The notes below the pieces were generated by a model that made no database searches, had not been told where the DNA came from, and worked only from the letters and a program-made list of their open reading frames with translations. From contig JBEGUL010000027.1 in assembly GCA_041178865.1 (NCBI GenBank), positions 12,152 through 76,151 of the forward strand: 64,000 nucleotides of DNA, read 5' to 3'. The DNA comes from Actinomycetota bacterium (GTDB lineage Bacteria > Actinomycetota > Actinomycetes > Actinomycetales > Microbacteriaceae). Shown here piece by piece: positions 42,919-52,452 of this stretch (positions within the stretch are counted from its first letter, which is position 1; each line of letters opens with the position of its first letter). Both the position numbers and the translations under genes were made by a program.

Positions 42919-43443
42919 ATGACAACTTTCGTAGTAGCTGGTGGCTGTTTCTGGTGTTTAGACGCGGTATACCGCACGCTCAATGGAGTCACTGACGTTA
43001 TTTCTGGATACTCCGGTGGCAACACAGAGAATCCAACCTACGAAGAAGTCTGCACCGGCACCACCGGTCACGCAGAGATTGTCAAAGTTGTCTTTGATGA
43101 GAACGTCATCCCTGCAGAGGTCATCTTGGACGTGTTCTTCACACTGCATGACCCTCGCCAGCTCAACCGTCAAGGTAATGACGTGGGTACGCAGTATCGC
43201 TCTGCCATGTTCTTTGACGGTGACGAGCAAAAAGAACTCTTCCAAGCAGCTATTGATCGCGCAAACGAATACTGGGGTGGGGGACTGGTCACCACCCTCG
43301 AGCCACTCGGTGCTATCTATGACGCTGAGAAATACCACCAGAACTTCTTCGCACGCAACCCTGGCCAGGGCTACTGTCTCGCTGTTGCTGTGCCCAAGGT
43401 GAACAAGGTTCGCGCTTCGTTCGCCAGCTACATCAAGGACTAA
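42919..43443 (+). CDS. msrA: Peptide-methionine (S)-S-oxide reductase
   Basis: AGGCFW, PTYEEVC.G.TGHAE, RQGNDVGTQYRS, AEKYHQ. Confidence 0.97.
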   Translation: MTTFVVAGGCFWCLDAVYRTLNGVTDVISGYSGGNTENPTYEEVCTGTTGHAEIVKVVFDENVIPAEVILDVFFTLHDPRQLNRQGNDVGTQYRSAMFFDGDEQKELFQAAIDRANEYWGGGLVTTLEPLGAIYDAEKYHQNFFARNPGQGYCLAVAVPKVNKVRASFASYIKD

Positions 43444-43568
43444 TTCTCACTAGTCCTCCACAAGGCTGTGGCCTTGTCTCTTCACCCCAGTCCTGGGGTA
43501 ATTTTTGCTGGCCTCTGTCTTTCTGACGCATTCTTCGTTCACGTATTCACGAACGAAAGGACGTCAAC

Positions 43569-44039
43569 ATGACGGACAACATCACCCTCACCGGATTGGT
43601 CGCCACCACTCCACGTCACATCACGACCACTGAAGGTCTCGCCATTACGAGCTTTCGCTTGGCTTCCAGTCAGCGCCGCTTCGACCGTGCGAGTAATCGC
43701 TGGGTCGACGGTGATACCAATTGGTACACCGTCTCCAGCTTTCGCGCTCTTGCCGAAAACGCTGCCACCTCGGTTTCAAAGGGAGACCGCGTCATTGTCA
43801 CCGGCAAGCTTCGTATCCGCGACTGGGAAAACACAGACCGTTCTGGGACCACGGTGGAGATTGAGGCAGAAGCACTCGGTCACGATCTCACCTGGGGAGT
43901 TGCGACCTACACGCGCAACTCCAGTTCATTAGAAGTGAGTTCTGTCTCTGAAGATGACTGGGGCGGAATCCCCGACAAAGACGGTGATGAAGAAGACCTC
44001 CCGCTGGCAGCCAAGGGACGCAAAAAGATTGCGGCCTAA
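43569..44039 (+). CDS. ssb: Single-stranded DNA-binding protein (second, SsbB-like paralogue)
   Basis: OB-fold motifs ITLTG.VAT.P, SFRLAS, TNWYTV, LAENA, KGDRVIVTGKL; GAAAGG RBS. Confidence 0.9.
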   Translation: MTDNITLTGLVATTPRHITTTEGLAITSFRLASSQRRFDRASNRWVDGDTNWYTVSSFRALAENAATSVSKGDRVIVTGKLRIRDWENTDRSGTTVEIEAEALGHDLTWGVATYTRNSSSLEVSSVSEDDWGGIPDKDGDEEDLPLAAKGRKKIAA

Positions 44040-44066
44040 CAACACCTCAGCGCACTGAGCAAAAAC

Positions 44067-44101
44067 ACAGAACGCCCCCTTTAGACTTGGGGGCGTTCTG
44101 T
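44067..44101 (+). terminator. Terminator after ssb
   Basis: ACAGAACGCCCCC-N9-GGGGGCGTTCTGT. Confidence 0.8.
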
Positions 44102-44125
44102 TGTGTTGCCATGAAAGGGGTTGTG

Positions 44126-44599
44126 ATGAACATTCGTGCTCTCACTGCCATTGTGGCTACCGCCGGCATTCTGAGCATGGCTGGGTGTTCTGCAGAGGTT
44201 CCTGCCACTGAAACGAGCAGTTCTTCTACTACCTCGGCTTCCGCAACTCCAACCCCAACACAAGATCCTGTGTTGCTCCCTGAGGGCAGTGCCAAAGACA
44301 ATCTGTATTACTTCAGTTGGGTGATTGAACAAACTCTTGCTGCTGATCCTGCAGCTGATTCTTTTGCAATTGCCCAAGCAGTCGGCGCTGCAGGCTTTGA
44401 TCCCGCCACGGTGCAGTTCACGTTCTCCCGCACAGCTGCCGGGCTAGCTGCTGATACGTCAGATGTTGCTGTTCAATTTGATGGCCAGTGTCTGATTGGT
44501 CAATTTGGGCCAGTTGCACCGAAAGTAATTGCTCGGGTATTGCCCGTTCTGGCAACCGGGGGATGCCTCCTGGGAACGGAAGTTCAGAGCCTGGGTTAA
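44126..44599 (+). CDS. Lipoprotein of unknown function (DUF6993-like)
   Basis: Lipobox MAGC, Ser/Thr/Pro linker, AGFD, QCLIGQ, GCLLG. Confidence 0.75.
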   Translation: MNIRALTAIVATAGILSMAGCSAEVPATETSSSSTTSASATPTPTQDPVLLPEGSAKDNLYYFSWVIEQTLAADPAADSFAIAQAVGAAGFDPATVQFTFSRTAAGLAADTSDVAVQFDGQCLIGQFGPVAPKVIARVLPVLATGGCLLGTEVQSLG

Positions 44600-44615
44600 C
44601 ACCTAGAATTGAGCT

Positions 44616-46298
44616 ATGGCTGAGTTCATTTATTCCATGGTTCGTGCCCGCAAGGCAGTGGGCGACAAGCTCATTCTCGATGACGTCACAATGTCCTTCT
44701 TTCCTGGCGCCAAGATTGGTGTCGTAGGACCCAACGGTGCCGGTAAGTCGACCATTTTGAAGATTATGGCCGGGCTTGACACCCCGTCGAACGGTGAAGC
44801 CAAGCTCAGTGCTGGATACTCTGTCGGTATCCTGATGCAGGAGCCAGTGCTTGACGAAACCAAGACCGTATTGCAGAACGTGCAAGACGGTGTGGGTGAA
44901 ATCATGGGCAAGATCAACCGCTTCAACGAGATCTCTGCCGCAATGGGTGAGCCCGACGCAGACTTTGACACCCTTCTTGCTGAGATGGGAACCCTCCAGG
45001 AAGACATCGACGCTGCTAACGGCTGGGACCTCGACTCGCAGCTTGACCAGGCGATGGATGCCCTGCGTTGCCCACCCGGTGACTGGCCGGTAGACAAGCT
45101 TTCCGGTGGTGAGAAGCGTCGTGTTGCACTCTGCAAGCTGCTTCTCCAGAAGCCTGACCTCCTGCTCCTCGATGAGCCCACAAACCACTTGGATGCAGAG
45201 TCTGTGCTCTGGCTCGAGCAGCACCTGTCCAAGTACCCCGGCGCTGTCCTTGCCGTCACACACGACCGTTACTTCCTTGACCACGTCGCTGAGTGGATTG
45301 CAGAAGTAGACCGTGGTCACCTGTACCCCTACGAAGGCAACTACTCCACCTACCTTGAAAAGAAGCGTGAGCGCCTTGAGGTTCAAGGCAAGAAGGACGC
45401 CAAGCTTGCCCGCCGTCTCTCCGAAGAACTCGACTGGGTTCGCTCCAATGCCAAGGGTCGTCAGGCTAAGTCGAAGGCTCGTCTGGCGCGTTATGAAGAG
45501 ATGGCTGCGGAGGCTGAGAAGACACGCAAGCTCGACTTCGAAGAAATTGTTATTCCTGCAGGTCCTCGTCTGGGTTCAGTAGTTCTTGAGGTGAAGAACC
45601 TCAAGAAGGGCTTTGGAGATCGCACTCTGATTGACGGTCTGTCGTTCTCGTTGCCTCGCAACGGTATCGTCGGAATCATTGGCCCTAACGGTGCCGGTAA
45701 GTCGACCTTGTTCAAGACTATTGTGGGCATGGAAGAGGCTGACGGCGGTGAAGTCAAGATCGGTGAAACCGTCAAGATTTCCTATGTTGACCAGAGTCGT
45801 GGCGGTATTGACCCCAACTTGAACCTTTGGGAAGTAGTTTCCGATGGTCTGGACTTCATCCAGGTGGGAAACGTTGAAATCCCCAGCCGTGCCTATGTCT
45901 CTACCTTTGGCTTCAAGGGCCCAGACCAACAGAAAAAGGCCGGTGTGCTCTCCGGTGGTGAACGTAACCGTCTGAACTTGGCACTGACCCTCAAGCAGGG
46001 TGGAAACCTTCTTCTGCTCGATGAGCCCACTAACGACTTGGACGTGGAAACTCTCGGAAGCCTGGAGAACGCTTTGCTCGAGTTCCCTGGTTGTGCTGTG
46101 GTCATCACACACGACCGCTGGTTCCTGGACCGTATTGCGACCCACATCCTCTCCTACGAAGGCACGGACGAGAACCCCAGCTACTGGCACTGGTTCGAGG
46201 GTAACTTCGAGTCTTACGAAGAAAACAAGATAGAGCGCCTCGGTGCTGATGCGGCGAAGCCGCACAGCAGCACCTACCGCAAGCTCACTCGCGACTAG
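44616..46298 (+). CDS. ettA: Energy-dependent translational throttle protein (ABC-F)
   Basis: MAEFIYSM, two ABC domains, LSGGEKRRVALC, LSGGERNRL, YRKLTR. Confidence 0.97.
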   Translation: MAEFIYSMVRARKAVGDKLILDDVTMSFFPGAKIGVVGPNGAGKSTILKIMAGLDTPSNGEAKLSAGYSVGILMQEPVLDETKTVLQNVQDGVGEIMGKINRFNEISAAMGEPDADFDTLLAEMGTLQEDIDAANGWDLDSQLDQAMDALRCPPGDWPVDKLSGGEKRRVALCKLLLQKPDLLLLDEPTNHLDAESVLWLEQHLSKYPGAVLAVTHDRYFLDHVAEWIAEVDRGHLYPYEGNYSTYLEKKRERLEVQGKKDAKLARRLSEELDWVRSNAKGRQAKSKARLARYEEMAAEAEKTRKLDFEEIVIPAGPRLGSVVLEVKNLKKGFGDRTLIDGLSFSLPRNGIVGIIGPNGAGKSTLFKTIVGMEEADGGEVKIGETVKISYVDQSRGGIDPNLNLWEVVSDGLDFIQVGNVEIPSRAYVSTFGFKGPDQQKKAGVLSGGERNRLNLALTLKQGGNLLLLDEPTNDLDVETLGSLENALLEFPGCAVVITHDRWFLDRIATHILSYEGTDENPSYWHWFEGNFESYEENKIERLGADAAKPHSSTYRKLTRD

Positions 46299-46301
46299 GA
46301 C

Positions 46302-46796
46302 ATGACAATGCGTTTACACATTCCCACCAGTATCCGATGGTCTGACCTGGATGCCTATGGGCATGTGAACAACGCAGCCATGTTTGGCTTGCTCGAGGAA
46401 GCGCGTATTCATGCTTTCTGGGCAGGTGACTCCGGTCACGGCGACGACCACCTTGCTACCCGCATTCTGGAAGGTGGGCCTACGGCTGACACCTTCACGC
46501 TGATTGCGCACCAAGAAATCGAATACTTGGCGCCTATTCCATATATGCGTGAACCACTTGATCTGCAGATGTGGTTAGGTCACGTCGGTGGAGCCAGTCT
46601 GGATGTCTGTTACGAGATTTACTCGCCCACGCAAACAGCAACAGCAGAGAATCCTCAGCAGTTATTCGCTAAGGCCACCACCACGATTGTGTTGGTCGAC
46701 GCTAAGACAACGAAGCCTCGTCGTCTCACCGAAGCTGAGCGTGAAGCAATTGCGCCGTATACCGGCGATAACTTGGTCTTCAAACGCCGGAGCTAG
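46302..46796 (+). CDS. Acyl-CoA thioesterase (4HBT/hotdog family)
   Basis: RWSDLDAYGHVNN motif. Confidence 0.92.
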   Translation: MTMRLHIPTSIRWSDLDAYGHVNNAAMFGLLEEARIHAFWAGDSGHGDDHLATRILEGGPTADTFTLIAHQEIEYLAPIPYMREPLDLQMWLGHVGGASLDVCYEIYSPTQTATAENPQQLFAKATTTIVLVDAKTTKPRRLTEAEREAIAPYTGDNLVFKRRS

Positions 46797-46801
46797 GGTC
46801 T

Positions 46802-47233
46802 CTAGGCGGTGTAGAGAACACCATTCTTGAGCTCAATAGGAATCTCTGGCAATGCTGTGGGCGCTGGTCCACTCAAGACTTTTCCATTGGTGGGATCAAA
46901 GAAGGACGCGTGACAATCGCACACGATTTCCTTATCGCGGCAACCTACTAAACAACCCTGGTGAGTGCACACAGCACTGAAGGCACGGAACTCACCTTCG
47001 GTCATTTGTGTCACCACGATAGGAACGTCATCAACGGTGAAGTTGAGGCCGCCGCCGACGGGGACAGTACTTGCTTTGCCAATCTCAACACCGGTATTTG
47101 ACGCAGCAGTGGGAGCGGCAGTTTCCTCAGCTGAGCAGCCGGCAAGGCCGAGCGCTATACCGGTAGCGCCAATCGCGCCTAGACCTAATACATCGCGACG
47201 CGAAAGCTTGGGAGTGAGATTACGAGCAGCCAT
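46802..47233 (-). CDS. Rieske (2Fe-2S) protein with Tat/lipoprotein signal
   Basis: SRRDVL twin-arginine, LAGC lipobox, CTHQGC and CDCHAS. Confidence 0.92.
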   Translation of the reverse strand: MAARNLTPKLSRRDVLGLGAIGATGIALGLAGCSAEETAAPTAASNTGVEIGKASTVPVGGGLNFTVDDVPIVVTQMTEGEFRAFSAVCTHQGCLVGCRDKEIVCDCHASFFDPTNGKVLSGPAPTALPEIPIELKNGVLYTA

Positions 47234-48138
47234 TAGTTTTCCATTCCGGGGATGCGAACCATGCCCTCTTGGGCAACAGAGGCAAGAAGTATTCCCTCAC
47301 GAGAATAGATTCTTCCAAAAGATAACCCTCGTCCGCCCTGAGCGCTGGGCGATTCTTGGACGTAGAGCATCCATTCATCAACACGTCCAAAGCGATGGAA
47401 CCACATGGCGTGATCCAAGCTGGCCGCCTTGAGTCCTGGCGTGGCCCAGGGGATACCGTGTCTGCGATAGATGGGTTCGAGGATTGTGTAGTCGCTGGCA
47501 TAGGCCAGGGCTGCCCTGTGCAACATGGGGTCATCCGGCAATGGGGAGAGGGCTTTCATCCAGACAGCTTGGTGGGCAACTTTCGCGCCCTCCACACTCA
47601 TATAAATCGGTGATTCACAGTGGCGCAGATCAAAAGGTCGTTGAGTTGCCCAATACTGCGCCACGGGGTGGTCGATAGGGCCAAGGAGTTCGCCCACAGT
47701 GGGCAGAGAATCAGGTTCAGGTAAACCTGTGGGCATCTCTATCTGGTGATTCACGCCAGGATCTTCATCTTGGAAGGAGGCAATCATGGAAAAGATCGGC
47801 ACACCATCTTGATAAGCCTGAGTTCTGCGCGTGGAGAAGGAGCGGCCATCGTGAATGCGGTCAACAGAAAACTCAATGGGTTTCGTGATGTCTCCGGCTC
47901 GAAGGAAATAGCCGTGAAGAGAGTGAACAGGACGGTCATCCTGGAGAGTTTTTGTAGCAGCGATGAGAGATTGTGCCAGTACCTGTCCGCCATACACGCG
48001 GCCATGAGGCATGAACTGACTGGGGGCTGAGAAGCGGTCCTCACCATTGACGGCAGGCTCAGCAGTGAGGTGCAGTGTCTCGAGCAAAGCTTCGATGTTT
48101 TCGTGCATGTGTTCTGGCTGCATAAGTTCCTCGTGCAT
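47233..48138 (-). CDS. tesB: Acyl-CoA thioesterase II
   Basis: VYGGQVLAQ, HSLHGYFLR, DGRSFSTRR, LAYASD, ASLDHAMWFH, QEG. Confidence 0.95.
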   Translation of the reverse strand: MHEELMQPEHMHENIEALLETLHLTAEPAVNGEDRFSAPSQFMPHGRVYGGQVLAQSLIAATKTLQDDRPVHSLHGYFLRAGDITKPIEFSVDRIHDGRSFSTRRTQAYQDGVPIFSMIASFQDEDPGVNHQIEMPTGLPEPDSLPTVGELLGPIDHPVAQYWATQRPFDLRHCESPIYMSVEGAKVAHQAVWMKALSPLPDDPMLHRAALAYASDYTILEPIYRRHGIPWATPGLKAASLDHAMWFHRFGRVDEWMLYVQESPSAQGGRGLSFGRIYSREGILLASVAQEGMVRIPGMEN

Positions 48139-48173
48139 AGAGATGTGTTTCTTTCGCTAGTTTAGGAGGCGAG

Positions 48174-48806
48174 ATGACGAATACGGTGACCCTCGCGAGT
48201 GAGCATGACTCTGCAGACCTGAAGACCTTCCTCGAGCGAGCTGAACGCCTCGGTTGTGAGCATGTCTGGCTGGTTGGCGCAGGCACGGCTCTTGCAGCGT
48301 ATGTTGCTGTGCTGACTCCTCAGGGTCTCCTTGACGTGGCCCCCACAGTTTTGGGTCTCCGTGTTTTTGAACGTGTTGACACAAGCTCTCTTGACACTGT
48401 TGTTCAGGTCCGAGCTCTGCTTGATCGCCTCGCGCACGATCCTCTTTCTATTCCTCTGCCTGTGGGGCAGGCTGGCATTGCCTGGACAGGTGTTGCACCG
48501 CCCCGTTCAGACTGGGCACCTGCGGGAACAATGCTGGAGATTGAACTCCACCTCACTGCCAAGGCAGGAATTGAGGAAGTGGCAAAAGCTAACGGTTTGG
48601 GCACCAACATTGTCACTGCTGTTCGTGAAGAAGTGTGGCGCAGACCACTCAATGTTCAGAATTCAGAACCTACTCTGACGGTTCCCGCTGGCATTGCATT
48701 TGCAGGCTTCGGTCTGGGTTTCTTTGACACAGGTATTGCTCAGGTCACGACAAGTGGTTCGTGGACACGCATTGCGACCGCACGCGGTCACATAGTGGTC
48801 AAGTAG
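48174..48806 (+). CDS. Conserved hypothetical protein
   Basis: 210 aa ORF, PTVLGLR and W.GVAPPR motifs, AGGAGG upstream. Confidence 0.75.
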   Translation: MTNTVTLASEHDSADLKTFLERAERLGCEHVWLVGAGTALAAYVAVLTPQGLLDVAPTVLGLRVFERVDTSSLDTVVQVRALLDRLAHDPLSIPLPVGQAGIAWTGVAPPRSDWAPAGTMLEIELHLTAKAGIEEVAKANGLGTNIVTAVREEVWRRPLNVQNSEPTLTVPAGIAFAGFGLGFFDTGIAQVTTSGSWTRIATARGHIVVK

Positions 48807-49196
48807 TTACTCTTCGAACGTATTTGTCATGGCGTAGGCAGCACGCTCGAGGTATTCAAGCAGCGTCTCGCGTTGCAGTGGAGGAAGCTTGAGAGTGTCC
48901 ACAGCATGCTCCATGTGGCTTAACCAGCGGTCACGGGCATCAGGGTTGATCTTGAAGGGCATATGGCGCATGCGTAGGCGTGGATGTCCACGAGTTTCGC
49001 TATAGGTGTTGGGGCCACCCCAGTACTGCTCCAAGAACAGCTTGAGGCGTTCTTCTGCAGGGCCTAAATCTTCCTCGGGATACATCGGCTTGAGAACGGG
49101 GTCCTGAGCTACACCCTGATAAAACTCATGAGCAAGCTTGGCGAAGACGGGTTCGCCGCCGACTTCGTCATAGAAGGAGAGAAGTTCTTCGCTCAT
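48807..49196 (-). CDS. Group II truncated haemoglobin (GlbO-like)
   Basis: FYDEVGG, FLEQYWGGP, RGHPRLRMRH, RDRWL. Confidence 0.95.
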   Translation of the reverse strand: MSEELLSFYDEVGGEPVFAKLAHEFYQGVAQDPVLKPMYPEEDLGPAEERLKLFLEQYWGGPNTYSETRGHPRLRMRHMPFKINPDARDRWLSHMEHAVDTLKLPPLQRETLLEYLERAAYAMTNTFEE

Positions 49197-49837
49197 GCTT
49201 TCTTTGCCGAGCTAGGCGACTTAGTCTTTGCCGCGAAACGTTTGGGGTCACCATAGGACTTGTTGCCCACACGGAGAATTTCACCGTTGCGCACAAACCA
49301 AATCGTGCCATCGTCACCGCGCAACGTGGTGATCCGCAGCCCTACTGATTCAACTGTTCCTGAGGCAAGACCCAGATCAACAACATCGCCAACACCAAGC
49401 TGGTCCTCAAAGACCATAAACATGCCGTTGAGCACGTCCTTGATGATGTTTTGAGCACCGAAACCCAGTGCCGCAGTTCCGATACCTGCCGTTGCCACAA
49501 TTGCGGTAACGGATACCCCAACAACCTGCAGAATTTGAATGATAGAAACACAGACAATGGTCCAGGTGATGAAGTTGTGAAACACGGTTCCCATGGTCTT
49601 GGTGCGCTGAACCTGGCGGCTTGCCGAAACAGCAGCGGGAACACCAACTGGTCCGGTGTGGTCGGAAGTGCCACCATTCTTCTTGCGTGCTTCAGAAACC
49701 AAACGCTTGATCACTCGATCACTGACTGCCAGCAGAATGCTGCGCAGAATGACCGCAACAATGATGATCAACGCAACATTGAACGGAATTTCTGCTGCGT
49801 GATACACCGCAGCAACCCAAGTCCAAAAGGTATCCAT
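49193..49837 (-). CDS. Small mechanosensitive channel (MscS family, short form)
   Basis: ALGFGAQNIIKD, EDQLGVGD, GTVE.VGLRIT.LR, VRNGEI. Confidence 0.92.
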   Translation of the reverse strand: MDTFWTWVAAVYHAAEIPFNVALIIIVAVILRSILLAVSDRVIKRLVSEARKKNGGTSDHTGPVGVPAAVSASRQVQRTKTMGTVFHNFITWTIVCVSIIQILQVVGVSVTAIVATAGIGTAALGFGAQNIIKDVLNGMFMVFEDQLGVGDVVDLGLASGTVESVGLRITTLRGDDGTIWFVRNGEILRVGNKSYGDPKRFAAKTKSPSSAKKA

Positions 49838-49841
49838 AGCT

Positions 49842-52388
49842 TTATCCTCGCTTATCGCGAGCCTGGGCTGCGAGTGTGCGCTCGGTTCCTGCCAGGTTCT
49901 CCACGATTAAGCGACGCAGGGGAGCGGGAGGGTTGTTCTGTGCAAGGAAGTCACGAGCTGCCTGTGCGAGTGCCTCGTTGGCAAGAACCGCGGGGTAGTA
50001 GCTCTCCACGAGATCTTCTGCAATGGCATAGCTTCGGTTCGCCCAGATGGATTCAATCGAGTCGAAGTACTGCTTCACGAAAGGCTCCAGGACTGAAACA
50101 TCCTTAGCCTTACTGAAACCTAGCCCTGTTGCTCTCACGATCAAGTTGGGCTTGTCGTCCTCAACCCACACCGAGTTCCATGCAGTCTGCTTCTGTGTCA
50201 ATGAAGGCAGAGCTGCCTTTGCGTGTGCAGCGGACTGGGCGCCTGTTGCCGTGTTGTCTTCAGCGAGGTAGTTATCGATGTCTGCCTCGGTAGCGTGGCC
50301 ACCGGCGGCCAGAGAAATAAGGAGCTCCCAGCCCAGGTCTGTGTCGATATCGAGATCTCCTAGGAAGATCTTTCCATCACGCAATTCCTTAACATGTGTG
50401 AGGTGCTCTTTTGTTGATGCCAGCGCGGCGAAGCTGCGCAGGAACTGGAACTGAAGATCGCTTCCAGCTTCTGCTTGGTTGGCCAAAGTCCAGAGTGCAT
50501 CTGCTACGCGTGTAGTTTGTGCGTCGCGGGTTGCGGGGTCCACATAACTGGAGGCGACCAAAAGCAACTGTCCTAGGACAGTGCGCACAACAGTGGACTC
50601 AGTTTCGGTAGCAATGTTGCCGAGTACTAAATCGATAAAGTCACGACCAGCGGTTTCTGCATCACGAGTTGAATCCCACACTGAGCCCCAGACAAGAGAA
50701 CGTGCCAGTGGGTCTTCGATGTCCTTGAGGTTGGCAATGGCCACGCGCAAAGATACGTCATCGAGACGGATCTTGGCATAGGCAAGGTCGTCATCGTTGA
50801 TCAGGATCAAGTCTGGTCGCTTGAGCCCGACAAGCTCAGATACTTCTGTGCTCACGCCATCGACGTCGAGTTCCACTCGCTGGTCACGCACGAGCTTTCC
50901 ACCGGTGAGATTGTAGAAACCAATTGCCATGCGGTGGGGGCGAATGGTGGGCCAGTCTGCGGGTGCAGTCTGCTCAATAGCAAAGGACGTGATGGTTCCC
51001 TCTGCATCGGTGGTCAGTGCTGGGCGCAGCGTGTTCACACCAGCTGTTTCCAGCCAAAGCTTGGACCAGGTGGTGAGGTCACGGCCAGAGGTGACCTCAA
51101 GTTCAACCAAGAGGTCCTTGAGCTCAGTGTTGCCATAGGCGTGCTTCTTGAAGTACTGGCCGACACCGGCAAGGAACTGTTCCTGGCCAACCCAGGCGCC
51201 GAGTTGTTTCAGTACCGATCCACCCTTGGCATAGGTAATGCCATCAAAGTTCACGCGCACTGCATCCAGATCAGGAATATCGGCCACGATCGGGTGAGTG
51301 GAAGGAAGCTGATCCTGGCGGTATGCCCAGCTCTTCTCCATCACGGCAAAGGTGGTCCATGCTTCATGCCATTCGGTGGCTTCTGCAGTAGCAAGAGTCG
51401 ATGCGTATTCTGCGAAGCTCTCGTTCAACCACAGGTCGTTCCACCAACGCATGGTGACCAGGTCACCAAACCACATGTGGGCAAGCTCGTGCAGGATGGT
51501 CACAACGCGACGCTCACGGATAGCATCGGTGACCTTAGAGCGGAAGACGTAGGCTTCGGTGAAGGTCACGCAACCCGCGTTTTCCATAGCTCCTGCGTTG
51601 AACTCAGGAACAAAGAGCTGGTCGTACTTGTCAAAGGGGTAGGCGTAGTCGAACTTGCTTTCGAAGTATTCGAAGCCTTGACGAGTCTTTTCGAAGACAT
51701 AGTCAGCATCCATGTATTCCGACAGTGACTTCCGGCAGAACACACCGAGTGGGATCACGCGACCGTCTGAGCTCGTGAGCTCACTACGAACCACGTCATA
51801 AGGGCCAGCAACAAGAGCAGTGATGTAGCTGGAGATGCGAGGAGTGGGTTCAAAAATCCAGGTAGCAGAACCGTTGTCACGCTTCACTGGTGCGGGTGTG
51901 GGCTGATTGCTGGTTACTTGCCACTTCTCAGGTGCCGTCACGGTGAACTGGAAGGTTGCCTTGAGATCAGGCTGTTCAAAGACGGCAAACATGCGGCGAG
52001 AGTCAGGAACTTCGAACTGGGTGTAAAGGTAGACCTCGCCGTCAACGGGGTCCACGAATCGGTGCAGGCCCTCACCGGTGTTGGTGTATTTCGCTTCAGC
52101 AACCACGGTCAAGGTGTTTTGTGCGAGAAGGTTTTTGAGCTGAATGCGGGTGCCGTCTGACACCTGTGCGGGGTCCAACTCAACCCCGTTGAGGGTGACG
52201 CTGTGCACGCTCGACGTAATTGCATCGATAAAGGTCGAGTATCCGGCTGTTGCCGAGAAGTTCACGGTTGTGGTGGCGCCGAAAACCTCAGCACCTCGCA
52301 TCAGGTCAAGATCAACGGCATAGCTCTCAACAGCAATATTCTCTGCACGTTCGATGGCTTCAAGACGAGTGAGGTTCTCTCCGGACAC
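49842..52388 (-). CDS. pepN: Aminopeptidase N
   Basis: GAMEN, HELAHMWFGDLVT..WW.DLWLNE, ITYAKG. GTG start 52388 with GAAGGA RBS. Confidence 0.97.
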   Translation of the reverse strand: MSGENLTRLEAIERAENIAVESYAVDLDLMRGAEVFGATTTVNFSATAGYSTFIDAITSSVHSVTLNGVELDPAQVSDGTRIQLKNLLAQNTLTVVAEAKYTNTGEGLHRFVDPVDGEVYLYTQFEVPDSRRMFAVFEQPDLKATFQFTVTAPEKWQVTSNQPTPAPVKRDNGSATWIFEPTPRISSYITALVAGPYDVVRSELTSSDGRVIPLGVFCRKSLSEYMDADYVFEKTRQGFEYFESKFDYAYPFDKYDQLFVPEFNAGAMENAGCVTFTEAYVFRSKVTDAIRERRVVTILHELAHMWFGDLVTMRWWNDLWLNESFAEYASTLATAEATEWHEAWTTFAVMEKSWAYRQDQLPSTHPIVADIPDLDAVRVNFDGITYAKGGSVLKQLGAWVGQEQFLAGVGQYFKKHAYGNTELKDLLVELEVTSGRDLTTWSKLWLETAGVNTLRPALTTDAEGTITSFAIEQTAPADWPTIRPHRMAIGFYNLTGGKLVRDQRVELDVDGVSTEVSELVGLKRPDLILINDDDLAYAKIRLDDVSLRVAIANLKDIEDPLARSLVWGSVWDSTRDAETAGRDFIDLVLGNIATETESTVVRTVLGQLLLVASSYVDPATRDAQTTRVADALWTLANQAEAGSDLQFQFLRSFAALASTKEHLTHVKELRDGKIFLGDLDIDTDLGWELLISLAAGGHATEADIDNYLAEDNTATGAQSAAHAKAALPSLTQKQTAWNSVWVEDDKPNLIVRATGLGFSKAKDVSVLEPFVKQYFDSIESIWANRSYAIAEDLVESYYPAVLANEALAQAARDFLAQNNPPAPLRRLIVENLAGTERTLAAQARDKRG

Positions 52389-52452
52389 GTGAATTCCTTC
52401 CAGCGGTTTAGTAAAGAGCCTAACCCGGAGCAACCGCCCCTAAAATCGAGGC

